Assembly: GCA_963803145.1 (NCBI GenBank)
Contig: CAWDLW010000012.1
Coordinates: forward strand, 96,001-160,000
Reading direction: 5' to 3'
Source: Methanotrichaceae archaeon
Lineage (GTDB): Archaea > Halobacteriota > Methanosarcinia > Methanotrichales > Methanotrichaceae
DNA length: 64,000 bases
A program made the position numbers and the translations under genes. Position 1 is the stretch's first letter, and the number at the start of each line of letters is the position of its first letter. The notes under the pieces are model-generated. The model saw nothing but the letters and a program-made list of their open reading frames with translations, was not told the DNA's origin and did no database searches. Positions 31,170 through 40,767 of this stretch are shown one piece after another.

Positions 31170-31269
31170 ATTAAAGTAGCAAAAACTTTTTATTTTTAAT
31201 CATTAATTACACGGGTTAAAATGGTTGAGTAGAAAGCCTTAAATTCTAACCCTGTATTATAAGTTATCT

Positions 31270-31419
31270 ATGCAATATACAGCGAAGAAGGATACAGGCC
31301 CGATAATGGGGTGGGATGATTGGGTTAACCCAAGACCCAACTGGATTTACCAAGCGAATATCATTCCCGTAAATGATGTAATCTTCTACGATTATGCCAT
31401 ACATCGAAATGGGAGGTAA
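31270..31419 (+). CDS. Unannotated 49-aa, probably leaderless ORF; candidate CRISPR-repressed toxin
   Basis: MQYTAKKDTGPIMGWDDWVNPRPNWIYQANIIPVNDVIFYDYAIHRNGR; BRE/TATA-like AGAAAGCCTTAAAT ~25 nt upstream. Confidence 0.45.
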   Translation: MQYTAKKDTGPIMGWDDWVNPRPNWIYQANIIPVNDVIFYDYAIHRNGR

Positions 31420-31510
31420 TGGCCTAGAATCATCAATATCTATACTTAGATATTTCTTTCATCTTATGGGAAAGATTTAACATATAATAGGGTTACTGGA
31501 GAGCTAAAGT

Positions 31511-33920
31511 ATGGATGTGGGATCAGGGGTTAAGGACATTAGTGTAAATGAATATAAAAATTTTTTCCAAAAAGCTACAAAGTATGAACCATATCCGTAT
31601 CAAGAAAGTGTTTTTTCTAAAATTTCTAAAGGGGAATCTGTAGTTCTCCGTGCCCCAACAGGGTCAGGGAAAACCCTTGCAGTTTTGATGCCTTTCCTAT
31701 ATTATAGCAGCCTAAACGAGCGATTAATCGATAGAGTTATCTATGTGCTACCTATGAGAGCCCTGGCATTCGATCTCTGTAACTCAACAATAAAGACCGC
31801 CGAAAGCGCAGGGTTCAAGGTAATAAAAAATCCTGAAAAAAGGAGTAATCAAGAGAAAGAGATCTGCATCACAATACAAACAGGAGAACGTCAGAACGAC
31901 CACTTTTTTGAGGGCGATATAATCTTCACAACAATAGATCAGCTATTATCAAGTTATCTAACTATACCTGTATCTCTGCCTAACAGACTTGGCAATATCA
32001 ACATCGGTGCAATTATAGGTTCTCTGATTGTATTCGATGAAGTTCACTTAATGGAGTTTCAGCGGTCATTTCTGACCGCTACAGAAATGATGAATAGATT
32101 CAAGGGCCTAGCTCAGTTTTTCGTAATGACCGCTACTCTGACTGAGCCAACACAAAGATGGCTGACAAAGCAGATTGGCGCTGAATCAGTAACTTGCAGC
32201 ATAGATGAGCTTAAAAATGTCCGTGGTTATAAGGAGCGGAGCAGGATTTATTCATTTGAAAAAGAGCCTCTTTCATCAGATGCAGTAATTAAGAATCACA
32301 AGCAAAAGACATTGGTTTTATGCAACAGAGTAGACCGATCCCAAAAGATTTATCCGAACTGAAGGAGGCGCTTAAAGATAGAGATATAAAAGTAGCGCTT
32401 CTCCATAGCCGCTTTTTCAAGACAGATAGAAGTGTGATAGAGAAGAATCTGCAAGGATGGTTCGGCAAGGAATCAAAGAATCTAAATGCGATACTGGTAT
32501 CAACCCAGGTAGTTGAAGCAGGCATTGATATATCCTGCGATGTCATGCATACCGAATTGGCTCCCGCAAATTCTCTTATCCAACGTGCAGGACGATGTGC
32601 GAGATATTCAGGAACTGGTAAAGTATTCATTTATGAGCTTGAGGACCCCGCTAACTTCCTCCCTTATGCAAAGAATGAGGTCGATGCCACTCGAAAAGAA
32701 GTAAATGATTTTAAAGAAGAGAGCTTGATCCAGATTTAGAAAAGGATCTAGCTGAAAGGGTTCATGCCCCTCTTGAAGATTCAAGGCTAATCGATTCCAT
32801 ACAGAATCGCCGTGGAGAAGTAAACGAGGCGATGGATTACGGCCATTCCTCCAATATTCAAAAGCTAATAAGAGAGGTAGACAGCGTCAATATTCTACTT
32901 ACGCCAAATCCAGACGACGAAAACTTAGAAAATTCATGGCCAGAGATGCTATCTGTTCCTCGATCAACACTTTATAGGCTGAAAAAAGAGGGCAATGGTG
33001 ATTGGATCTTCAAAATCCCTATATTTAGCGATGATGAAGATTTTAAAGGCTCAAGATGGCAAGAGGTAGAATCAGTTAATGATATCTCTTGGTTGGCGGC
33101 ATTGAACCCGAGATTTGCGAAGTATTCGCAAGAGATTGGGTTGGTATTCGGTGAAGAAGGACAGAGATGTGTATCTTCTACCGAAAAAACCCCTCATGAA
33201 AGCTATAATTATTCATGCGAATCATATCTGGAACATACCAATCTTGTCATCGATGAAGCAAGATCATTGATCCCACTTTACGATAATGGAATAAAAAATC
33301 TAGCTGCTAAATTTCTGTCAGACAGCGGTTCCATTGAAAGAATGCTTCTCCTGGCCTGTGCTCTCCATGATGCTGGAAAATTAAGCACGCAATGGCAAAG
33401 CGCTATGCACACGTGGCAGAGCATCTCAGATCCGAATGCTAAACAATTTGTCAATGGATTACCCTTGGCACATACAACATACGATTCAAGAAGAGATTGG
33501 AGGAGAATGCAGGAACTAAAGATAAATAAAGGTCCACATGCCGCGGAAGGTGCCTATGCCGTTCTGCCAATGATAATCAAAGGATGCCAAACTCAGTTTG
33601 ATGAAAATATAGATTTAGATAATATAGCGATTGCCATTATGGCAGCTATCGCAAGGCACCACGGCCCTAGGACTTCCAACCTTCAACCATCCAAGCTAAT
33701 TCCCGAAGCGAAAAAGGTGCTATCTGATGCAATTGGGTCATTAGGGATGGACCTAGGAGAACTGGATATAAGCGATACGCCCGATCAAGATGAAATCGAT
33801 ACATTCAAGGATTATCTAAAAATAGATCAAATAGAGAAAGGGCTATTTTTATATTGGCTATTTGTAAGGGTCCTTCGGTTGGCTGATCAGAGAGCAACAT
33901 CTAAGATAGGGAGCCCATAA
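31511..33920 (+). CDS. cas3: Cas3 helicase with C-terminal HD nuclease (two apparent frameshifts)
   Basis: APTGSGKT, DEVH, MTAT, STQVVEAGIDI, QRAGRCAR, LHDAGK, ARHHG, LRLAD across three frames. Confidence 0.88.
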
Positions 33921-35629
33921 TGAGTAAAAAACTGTGTTTTGTGGTCCCAAAAGAGACCAATACATATGCAGATGTCCTCATGACCGTGGGTACATCAGAC
34001 CTTTTAAATGAGATTTATGGAGATGAGGCTCGGATCTCGATCAAAGATAAAGGCGATAGGTTTAACATCGATGTATCTTCCCAGGAAGGGTTAGAGCTGT
34101 TGGATAGATATACACGGCTCGATATTGGCTATCGTTTTGTAAAGCAGAAGGATAATGAGAAGATACCTCTCGGCATAGAGAACTACTACGATTATCCTGA
34201 AGAGAAGAAGAAAGATGACGCCTATTCTAAATTTGAGAAAACTACCGGGAAAAAGAAAACTAAAATTGCCAATAATATAGTTGATGCAGGATTGGATAAG
34301 CCTCCTGCTCCTGATCCCGCTCTTAAGCTTCATAAAATCCTAGCATCTATGCGCAAAGGCTGGAAGAGCGATAAGGAGTTCTACGAATATTTTATCAATA
34401 ATCGCGAAACGGTTACAAAACTAGCCATAAATAACCTAAAGTATTTGGCCGGTTCATGCTCAGAAAAATTAGCGAAGAAAAACTTAATAAGATCGTATCA
34501 GGATCTCAGGTTCTCCTGCCAATTGGCGGAAAGGGCATCAATAGGCCAAAACCGGATTCTACGGGGAAATCTGGCCTGCCTTCAGATTTCATTGATTGGT
34601 TTTCAGAATGGATGAAGTATCGTGGCATGTTTAAGTTCTTGCTTCCCTATAGAAGTGGAGATGATTTCAAATTTTACGTCATAATTCCCAAGGAAATATC
34701 ATTTAATGCCCTAATGGCAATACACAAAGATCTCTTCAATAAGAATTTATGGGGCGGGATAAAGCTAGATATTCAGGCAACTTTGGATCTAGCAAGAATC
34801 TTAATTATGCACTCAGAGGAATATGATAAAGAAAAAGGCTCTTTCAAGATGCTAAAGAGACGCCCCAACCAGATAATCGAAGGGTTATCCCAAGCCTATT
34901 TTAAGAGCCTAGGAACCGCCGCTGCTTTAATGAATTATTCTTTCTTAGGTCTACCTGGCTGGTTCACAATCGAGAATAACGAAACTGCACACGAGTTTAT
35001 AGAAATCATAAATGAGCACGAAAAATGCATTAGCGCTCTTCAGGACGATATATCTAGCGATATCCCTCTTCTTCAAGAATATAGGAGCCCCCTTTCCTCA
35101 GGGGATTATAGGTATTTCCTGGAATTTTTGTCTCTTTATGGAACCTATGTCATACAACGTAGAGAGAGAAATAAGTGGGCAATGCAATTCACAATCCAAA
35201 ACTTGAGGAGGATATTCATGGTGAAAAAAGATTACTCTGAGAGAATATCAAACGAGGGTTTTTTGATTTAGCGACTGCAATAAGGAAAGCTACCGTAAGC
35301 GCTCAATATCGCAAAGCTCAAGGAAATCGAGAGTGGGATATCAAATATGGTTTAGCTCAGGATTGGAAGCGAGTAGTGGAACAACCTGATAAGTTGGTCG
35401 TAGCTATCTCAGATTTCGTTCAGCAGTACAATGCCGAGAACGCAAGACATGAAGAGCAATCGAAAGAAAGGCGAAGCAATGTAACTACTAAAGACCTCAG
35501 TGAGGTTCTGGATTTAATAAAAAATTACGACTCGTACCTGGTAGGATGTTGCTTTTAGCCTATGGATATGCCAGAGAGGTTAGAGAAAAAGATGAACCAG
35601 CTGAGATAAAAGAAGGTGGAACCCAATGA
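33920..35629 (+). CDS. cas8: Cas8-like large subunit (three apparent frameshifts)
   Basis: Position between cas3 and cas7; overlapping stop/start codons; GKGINRPKPD motif. Confidence 0.72.
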
Positions 35630-36605
35630 AAATAAATTCTTTAAGTATATCTGGGCTTTTGACCCTCAATATGCATGCCCTTAATAATGAGGGCTCCGAG
35701 GGAAACTATCTCCAGACGAGGATGGTTGAAATAGTGGATGTAGATGGAGCAGCACATTCAGTAAATGCAATCTCTGGAGATATGTTTAAGCATATCCAAG
35801 CTGATCATTTGTATTCTATTGCTGGAGAAGAAGGTGTCTCTCTGCAATGGGTGCTCAGGCTTTAATCCTAATCGTATTAATATCGATAATAGATTATTAG
35901 ATGAGTATAAACAACGCAAGGAAGTAACTAACTCCGAGATCATCGATTGGGTTATTCGTAATTGTATTGGTGATGATGTCGAAGGAACGATGATAACTCA
36001 AAATATAGGACTTACTGCTGCAGATAAACCACAATCCCGCTCAATAGGCAGAAAATCTGTAGTTGAGTTTGGCTGGGCAGTTGGGGAGCCAGAAAAGACA
36101 AAAACCCGAATCTTATTTCCACGTCAAGTTCGATCAAACTGAAAGAGCTGGCGGTAGAGGCGATGATACTGGCGCAAATATAGGTCAGAACATTTTTCAT
36201 AGGCCCGCATCAAGCGGCAGGTATGCTATCGTTCTTAATACAGATCTATGTCGTATAGGATTCAATGATATTACACGTGAGTACTCAATAAATCTAGAAG
36301 AACGAAAGAAAAGGGCGATAGTCGTTTTAAAAAGTATATTAGCAACATTTCTGAAGCCAGAAGGGGCTCATAGAAACACACAGAATCCACACATAGTGAA
36401 TTTCCAGGGCTGCATTACCGCAAGTTCTACAATGCTTCCAGCTCCAACAGTAAGTGCTCTTAATGATAAGTATTTGGTAGAAATAGGAAATATTTGCAAT
36501 ACTTTAAATGAACTTAGCCCAAATTCAATCACAAAACGGGAGTTCAATAGCCTGCAAGAATTTGTATCTACGATTAAGGAAATAATAGATTCATTAGAGA
36601 TATGA
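35626..36605 (+). CDS. cas7: Cas7 (DevR/Csa2 family; two apparent frameshifts)
   Basis: MHALNNEG, NAISGDMFKH, RKSVVEFGW, IFHRPASSGRY. Confidence 0.88.
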
Positions 36606-37360
36606 GTATGACTGAGTTTGCTCAAGAATGGCTGGTCCTAGAATACTTGCCCACTAGCTTATTCTCTCTCAAAATTTCAACAGCTACGAATAAGGGTGGC
36701 AAAACGCTTTTTGTCCCCACGCCTTATTCGATCAAGCTGGCTTTCGTAGATGCGGCGTTCCGTATTGGTGGAGAAAAATTAGCTAAGGAGATCTTCAGCT
36801 CTATCAAAGGAAGCGATATTCGTTTATCTCCACCAGATAGATTATATGTTCTCAATACTTTTATAAAAATCCTTGACGAAAGCAGAGATAAGACTTCAGA
36901 TCCTTACCAATCAACAATTGCTTATAGAGAATTTTGTTATTTCCAAGGCATGCTTGAGATAGCTTTCTCTTTGGAAAATTGCCCTAATGAAGTTCAAGAA
37001 AAAATAAGGGAAATAGCTGCTCACGTAAACTATTTCGGAAAAAGAGGTAGCTTTTTCCAGTATATTAAAAGTAGAACGATTTCAGAATTGCCGCTTGGTT
37101 TTACAGTAAAAGCAACTGATCTGAAAGGAAATATTGGTGGATATGAAGTTATTCAGCCTCTGGATGACATTGGAGAATTAAATTCAAAGGATTTATTCGA
37201 CCGCATTAATACGTTTTCTGATAAAAAGATTGAAAGGGGTAAACATAGAGTATTTGTGCTTACATATTTACCTTATAAAATGGAGAAAAGCTCAACCAGC
37301 TATACAGCGTATGTAAATCCATATCGGTGCGAAACATGCCCCTCCCCCGCCCCAACCTAA
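36602..37360 (+). CDS. cas5: Cas5
   Basis: SLFSLK...KTLFVPTPYSIK, YREF, YFGKRGSF. Confidence 0.85.
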   Translation: MSMTEFAQEWLVLEYLPTSLFSLKISTATNKGGKTLFVPTPYSIKLAFVDAAFRIGGEKLAKEIFSSIKGSDIRLSPPDRLYVLNTFIKILDESRDKTSDPYQSTIAYREFCYFQGMLEIAFSLENCPNEVQEKIREIAAHVNYFGKRGSFFQYIKSRTISELPLGFTVKATDLKGNIGGYEVIQPLDDIGELNSKDLFDRINTFSDKKIERGKHRVFVLTYLPYKMEKSSTSYTAYVNPYRCETCPSPAPT

Positions 37361-37379
37361 ACTCCTTTTTGCTAACTCT

Positions 37380-37532
37380 CGCCAAGCATTACACCATCAC
37401 CGCAAAGGAAGCCTTATGACACAGCTCATCTCCACAGCCCTCTACAGCTCAGTAGCCCGCAGCCTAACAGGCCCATCCTCCGACATCGACCTCTTCATCG
37501 TGCTTCAGGAGACACCCTCGGGCATACTGGCC
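37380..37532 (+). pseudogene. Partial duplicate of the MNT gene at 38267
   Basis: ALYSSVARS..GPSSDIDLF; DNA nearly identical to 38376-38473. Confidence 0.75.
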
Positions 37533-37624
37533 TACTGTCCGTTTGCTCCTGACCAAATGAATGGATACCTGCATTCCAAAAAGTTTATCACGTCTGCTTC
37601 CCCACTAATGGGACAGTGAATTAA

Positions 37625-37885
37625 ATGCCAGTCACAAAGGTCGATGAAAAGGGCAGAGTAGTCCTGCCGGGTGAGCTCAGGCGCAAGCTGAGGATTAACA
37701 CCGGCGACGAGTTCATCGTAGAGGAGCTGGGGCCGGATTCACTCGTCCTGAAGAAGGTAAACCTGCGGGCTCTGATGCAGGATATCATAGAAAAGGCCAA
37801 GAACGTCGATATGGATAAGCTAGAGGCTGAGATTGAGGAAGAGGCTAATCGGCTTGCCAGACGAAAATACAAGATTCTTGATTGA
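37625..37885 (+). CDS. AbrB/MazE-family antitoxin
   Basis: KVDEKGRVVLPGELRRKL.I..GD. Confidence 0.9.
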   Translation: MPVTKVDEKGRVVLPGELRRKLRINTGDEFIVEELGPDSLVLKKVNLRALMQDIIEKAKNVDMDKLEAEIEEEANRLARRKYKILD

Positions 37886-37973
37886 TACCAATCTGTTCAT
37901 GGCCGCCGCAAAGAGTGGTTGGACTAAGAGCACAGATCTGCTCTCGCTATCCCCATGCGGTTGTGTACAATAA
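37854..37973 (+). pseudogene. Truncated PIN/VapC toxin
   Basis: RFLIDTNLFMAA PIN N-terminal motif overlapping the antitoxin; early stop. Confidence 0.7.
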
Positions 37974-38084
37974 GCTCGCCGGGCATCCAGGCAGTCTGCC
38001 ATCGGATGCCTGCAAAGAATAGGGCAGATTCGCAGGAATTCTTCCAAAGAACATTTAAGTTAGCTAGGTTGATATTATAAATCA

Positions 38085-38237
38085 TTGCCCACACTCACAG
38101 CAGTTATCCACAGAGAAGAAGACATGTACATTGCTGAGTGCTCGGAGGTAGGTACGGCAAGTCAAGGTAAGACCATCGAGGAGGCAGTGAAAAATCTCAA
38201 GGAAGCTACAGAGCTATATCTGGAGGAGTTTCCCTGA
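38085..38237 (+). CDS. Short orphan HicB-family protein (50 aa), not in ORF track
   Basis: TAVIHREEDMYIAECSEVGTASQGKTIEEAVKNLKEATELYLEE. Confidence 0.8.
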   Translation: MPTLTAVIHREEDMYIAECSEVGTASQGKTIEEAVKNLKEATELYLEEFP

Positions 38238-38266
38238 AGGATAGGGAGCGTTAATCACCATAAAGG

Positions 38267-38779
38267 ATGTGTAGTGTGTCACTATCAAAGGCTGAGCTAA
38301 ACGCCATTTTTCGAACGCTTGCAGAGCGTTATGCAACAGCAGCCAAAATGGTCCTCGGAGATCAACTAGTTTCAATAGCCCTCTACGGCTCAGTAGCCCG
38401 CAGCCAGGCAGGCCCATCCTCCGACATCGACCTCTTCGTCGTGCTTCAGGATGCTCCCTCAGGCATGCTGGCCAGACGTCGTCTTCTCCAGCCTGTGCGT
38501 GACTCCCTCACAGCGGAGCTGGAAGGTCTATGGGAACAAGGCATCTACACTGATTTCATCGAGGTGATCCGCTCTAGGACAGAAGTTCTGCAGTTCCATC
38601 CCCTCTATCTGGATATGTCGCAGGATGCCATCCTGCTCTATGATCGTGACCAATTTTTGCATACTCTGCTTGAAAAGGTCAGAGAGCGCCTGCAAAGGGC
38701 GGGCGCTGAGCGCTATGCTATGGGAAAACATTGGTACTGGGATATGAAACAGGCCTTTGTGTCTGGGGAGGTTGTGTGA
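38267..38779 (+). CDS. Minimal nucleotidyltransferase (MNT) antitoxin
   Basis: LYGSVAR...SDIDL. Confidence 0.9.
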   Translation: MCSVSLSKAELNAIFRTLAERYATAAKMVLGDQLVSIALYGSVARSQAGPSSDIDLFVVLQDAPSGMLARRRLLQPVRDSLTAELEGLWEQGIYTDFIEVIRSRTEVLQFHPLYLDMSQDAILLYDRDQFLHTLLEKVRERLQRAGAERYAMGKHWYWDMKQAFVSGEVV

Positions 38780-38781
38780 TC

Positions 38782-39213
38782 ATGAATCCCAATGCTCCTG
38801 CCAGGCGCATGGTATCAAGAGCTCTAATCATCATTGAGGAGGCAGAGTACCTACAGAGAAAACTTGCCTGGAACATGGTTGTGCGGCGCTCTCAGGAGGT
38901 TGTAGAGCTGGCGTTAAAAGCTGCTCTCCTCTGGGCGCAAATAGAAGTGCCTCGTATCCATGATGTTGGACCCATACTAAAGCAATACTCTGACCGCTAT
39001 CCAGAACCATTTCGAGGGCGTATATCCCATCTAGCATCCATCTCTCGAATGCTGAGAGCAGAGCGTGAGATCAGCTTTTACGGGGATGAACAGAGCGGTA
39101 TACCTCCCGAGAGCCTCTATACTCCAGAAGATGCAAAGGAAGCCCTATCAAAGGCGCACGAAGTGCTGAGTGCCTGCCATGAGCTTATAGGTAAGGATGC
39201 CCTGGATGACTGA
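38782..39213 (+). CDS. HEPN-domain protein
   Basis: QEVVELALKA, PRIHD, REISFY; adjacent to MNT. Confidence 0.88.
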   Translation: MNPNAPARRMVSRALIIIEEAEYLQRKLAWNMVVRRSQEVVELALKAALLWAQIEVPRIHDVGPILKQYSDRYPEPFRGRISHLASISRMLRAEREISFYGDEQSGIPPESLYTPEDAKEALSKAHEVLSACHELIGKDALDD

Positions 39214-39229
39214 TCTTACTTTCATATGT

Positions 39230-40204
39230 CTAAATCGATATCTCATAACTCCCATTTCCAAACGTAGCCATCTTGCCTATATGGATCAGCTTACCTAACT
39301 CAAGCAAGGCCATGATCTCTCTTGAGAACTCCCCGGAATAGACGATCTCCCCTCTGAAAAATGGTGCCAGGGGTTTCTTCTCAGATCCCTGATCGTGGAA
39401 TCTGCGTTCCATCCATATCTCTTCTGTCTTGGCGCTTGCAATATTCACTCCCCGGCATAGGCTCAGGATAGATAGAACCTCCTCATGGTCATAGAGCATT
39501 CCAGGGCCGTAAAACTCAGCCAGGGCATTTGCCCTGGAGATCAGCCTTCCCATGAGGCCTCTGAAGCTTGGAGCAGCAGTGAACCTGCCGTTCTCCTTGA
39601 TCTGTGTAGGAGTAATGAAATGCATTGATAATTTTCCGGAGTGCTCCTGTGATGCCTCAACCATTTCCCTATAGCTGAGGCAAATTGATCTGTTATAAAC
39701 GGTCTCTCCCTGGAAGATATTTGATCTGGCTCCATACCCTATGGAGTCCACCGCCTCTAAACAGAACTTCCCCTTGCCCTCTCTGAAGCCCAGACTCATT
39801 CCCTTTTCCCCCAGGTTTCTCAGAGCCAAAAGGAAGTAAGGCAGATAAGACATAGCCTTTCCAACGAGGGTGAACCCGAGGACCAGCCCGTCTCCTGGGC
39901 TGTATCTTCCGGGCTTCGGCGGCTCGAAGGCAAAGGGTCTCGGAATCTCCTGGTTCCTCAGCACCTTCGCCCCATCAAATGGACGAGAGTTATAAAAGAA
40001 ATCGTAAGCACATGATGCCCTTTGAAGGCATCCTGAGCAATCATTCCCATGGCCTCCATAGCTCAGGCAGACCATCTCTTTCAATCTGGCCCCAAAGCCG
40101 CTTCTAAGTACATTGCCTGACCAGGGAGGAAGATCTGCAGCTGTGCTGAATCTGATACTGGCCTCATATCTGGCCAGCTCTAGGTTTTTCAGTTCCCTTT
40201 TCAT
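39230..40204 (-). CDS. cas6: Cas6 endoribonuclease
   Basis: GNVLRSGFG, Cys cluster, FITP, C-terminal HIGKMATFGNG. Confidence 0.92.
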   Translation of the reverse strand: MKRELKNLELARYEASIRFSTAADLPPWSGNVLRSGFGARLKEMVCLSYGGHGNDCSGCLQRASCAYDFFYNSRPFDGAKVLRNQEIPRPFAFEPPKPGRYSPGDGLVLGFTLVGKAMSYLPYFLLALRNLGEKGMSLGFREGKGKFCLEAVDSIGYGARSNIFQGETVYNRSICLSYREMVEASQEHSGKLSMHFITPTQIKENGRFTAAPSFRGLMGRLISRANALAEFYGPGMLYDHEEVLSILSLCRGVNIASAKTEEIWMERRFHDQGSEKKPLAPFFRGEIVYSGEFSREIMALLELGKLIHIGKMATFGNGSYEISI

Positions 40205-40210
40205 CGGGAT
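40187..40210 (-). promoter_or_regulatory. 24-nt CRISPR repeat copy overlapping the cas6 start codon
   Basis: Minus strand ATCCCGATGAAAAGGGAACTGAAA is identical to repeat nt 13-36. Confidence 0.9.
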
Positions 40211-40375
40211 TCCCCATTATTTATTCAAAGTAAAGTCGAAGGCGCCAATGACACATCAGACAGCCATTGGATATTAGAATATAAGCTTTCGACATCACCT
40301 CTATGACTATATTAGCGAGTATTATCTATCAATAGTTAATCTTATCCCCTTCAACCTTATAGCATGAATTTTCCA

Positions 40376-40497
40376 AAACCTTCCCCCGAAGAGGGGTTAG
40401 GGGCAGCCCGCGCGGCGATTGAGCGCGCTAAGATAGCCGTTAGTTTTAGCCCCTGAAGAAAGTGTAGTCTCTTGAATTAGTTGCAGCCTCAAACGCA
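40376..40497. repeat. Inverted partner of the 29884-30009 repeat
   Basis: aaaccttcccccgaagaggggttagggg.agcccgc.cggcgattgag.gcgcta shared. Confidence 0.8.
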
Positions 40498-40767
40498 AAA
40501 TCAATTATGCCTTCCTACGAAAAATCCATAGAGCGTATCGGTTTTTCATACTTAGAGCACGACGCATAGAATCACGAGGATTTTGTGGTTGATCGTTACT
40601 GAACTCTCATCACCAAGGCACGAAAAATTTACTTTGAGGATTGAAGTTATTAGGCGATTAGTCGAAAGAAGAACTGGAGTAGGATTGCATAACTCGTTCA
40701 AGGCTCGCTTGACTGAGGATAATTGCCTGCAAACGTTTAAGCCTGAGCGCAGCGGAAATATATCAGG

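Noticed and set aside
40258-40281. Alternative mini-array target in the cas6 promoter (minus strand ATATTCTAATA...)
   Set aside because: Position 1 mismatched, flank is CTT rather than CCN, and there are fewer matches than at 31254; weak secondary candidate only.
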